Assembly: GCF_001194135.2 (NCBI RefSeq)
Contig: NC_068984.1
Coordinates: 72,333,305-72,384,774, forward strand
Direction of reading: 5' to 3'
Source of the DNA: Octopus bimaculoides
Lineage: Eukaryota
Length of the DNA: 51,470 nucleotides
Shown here piece after piece: positions 51,461-51,470 of this stretch (its first letter is position 1; each line of letters opens with the position of its first letter). A model generated the notes under the pieces. That model did no database searches, was not told the DNA's origin, and saw nothing but the letters and a program-made list of their open reading frames with translations. The position numbers and the translations under genes were made by a program.

Positions 51461-51470
51461 ACTATATATA

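Overview
This is AT-rich, repeat-dominated metazoan genomic DNA. The long (TA)n/(TG)n microsatellites and recurring tRNA-derived SINE families point to an octopus-like coleoid cephalopod (inference). There are eight N gaps and no complete gene. One likely first coding exon encodes a mitochondrial-presequence-like peptide (3180-3288, +), and several weaker candidate exons are present. Most recognisable coding sequence is decayed transposon: three Penelope-like element (PLE) remnants, CR1-like, R4/Dong-like and RTE-like LINE fragments, a split DD37D (maT) Tc1/mariner transposase and many SINEs. The notable structures are: (i) several hammerhead-ribozyme (HHR) motifs, including an intact-looking one with a ~100-nt stem II inside a 350-bp inverted duplication; (ii) a palindromic Merlin-like MITE with perfect 37-bp TIRs and a central CCCTAA/TTAGGG palindrome, inserted into a PLE that lacks most of its RT core and is flanked by inverted arms; (iii) a 1.7-kb head-to-head (TTAGGG)n-(CCCTAA)n interstitial telomeric array. 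All alignments and folds were done by eye.
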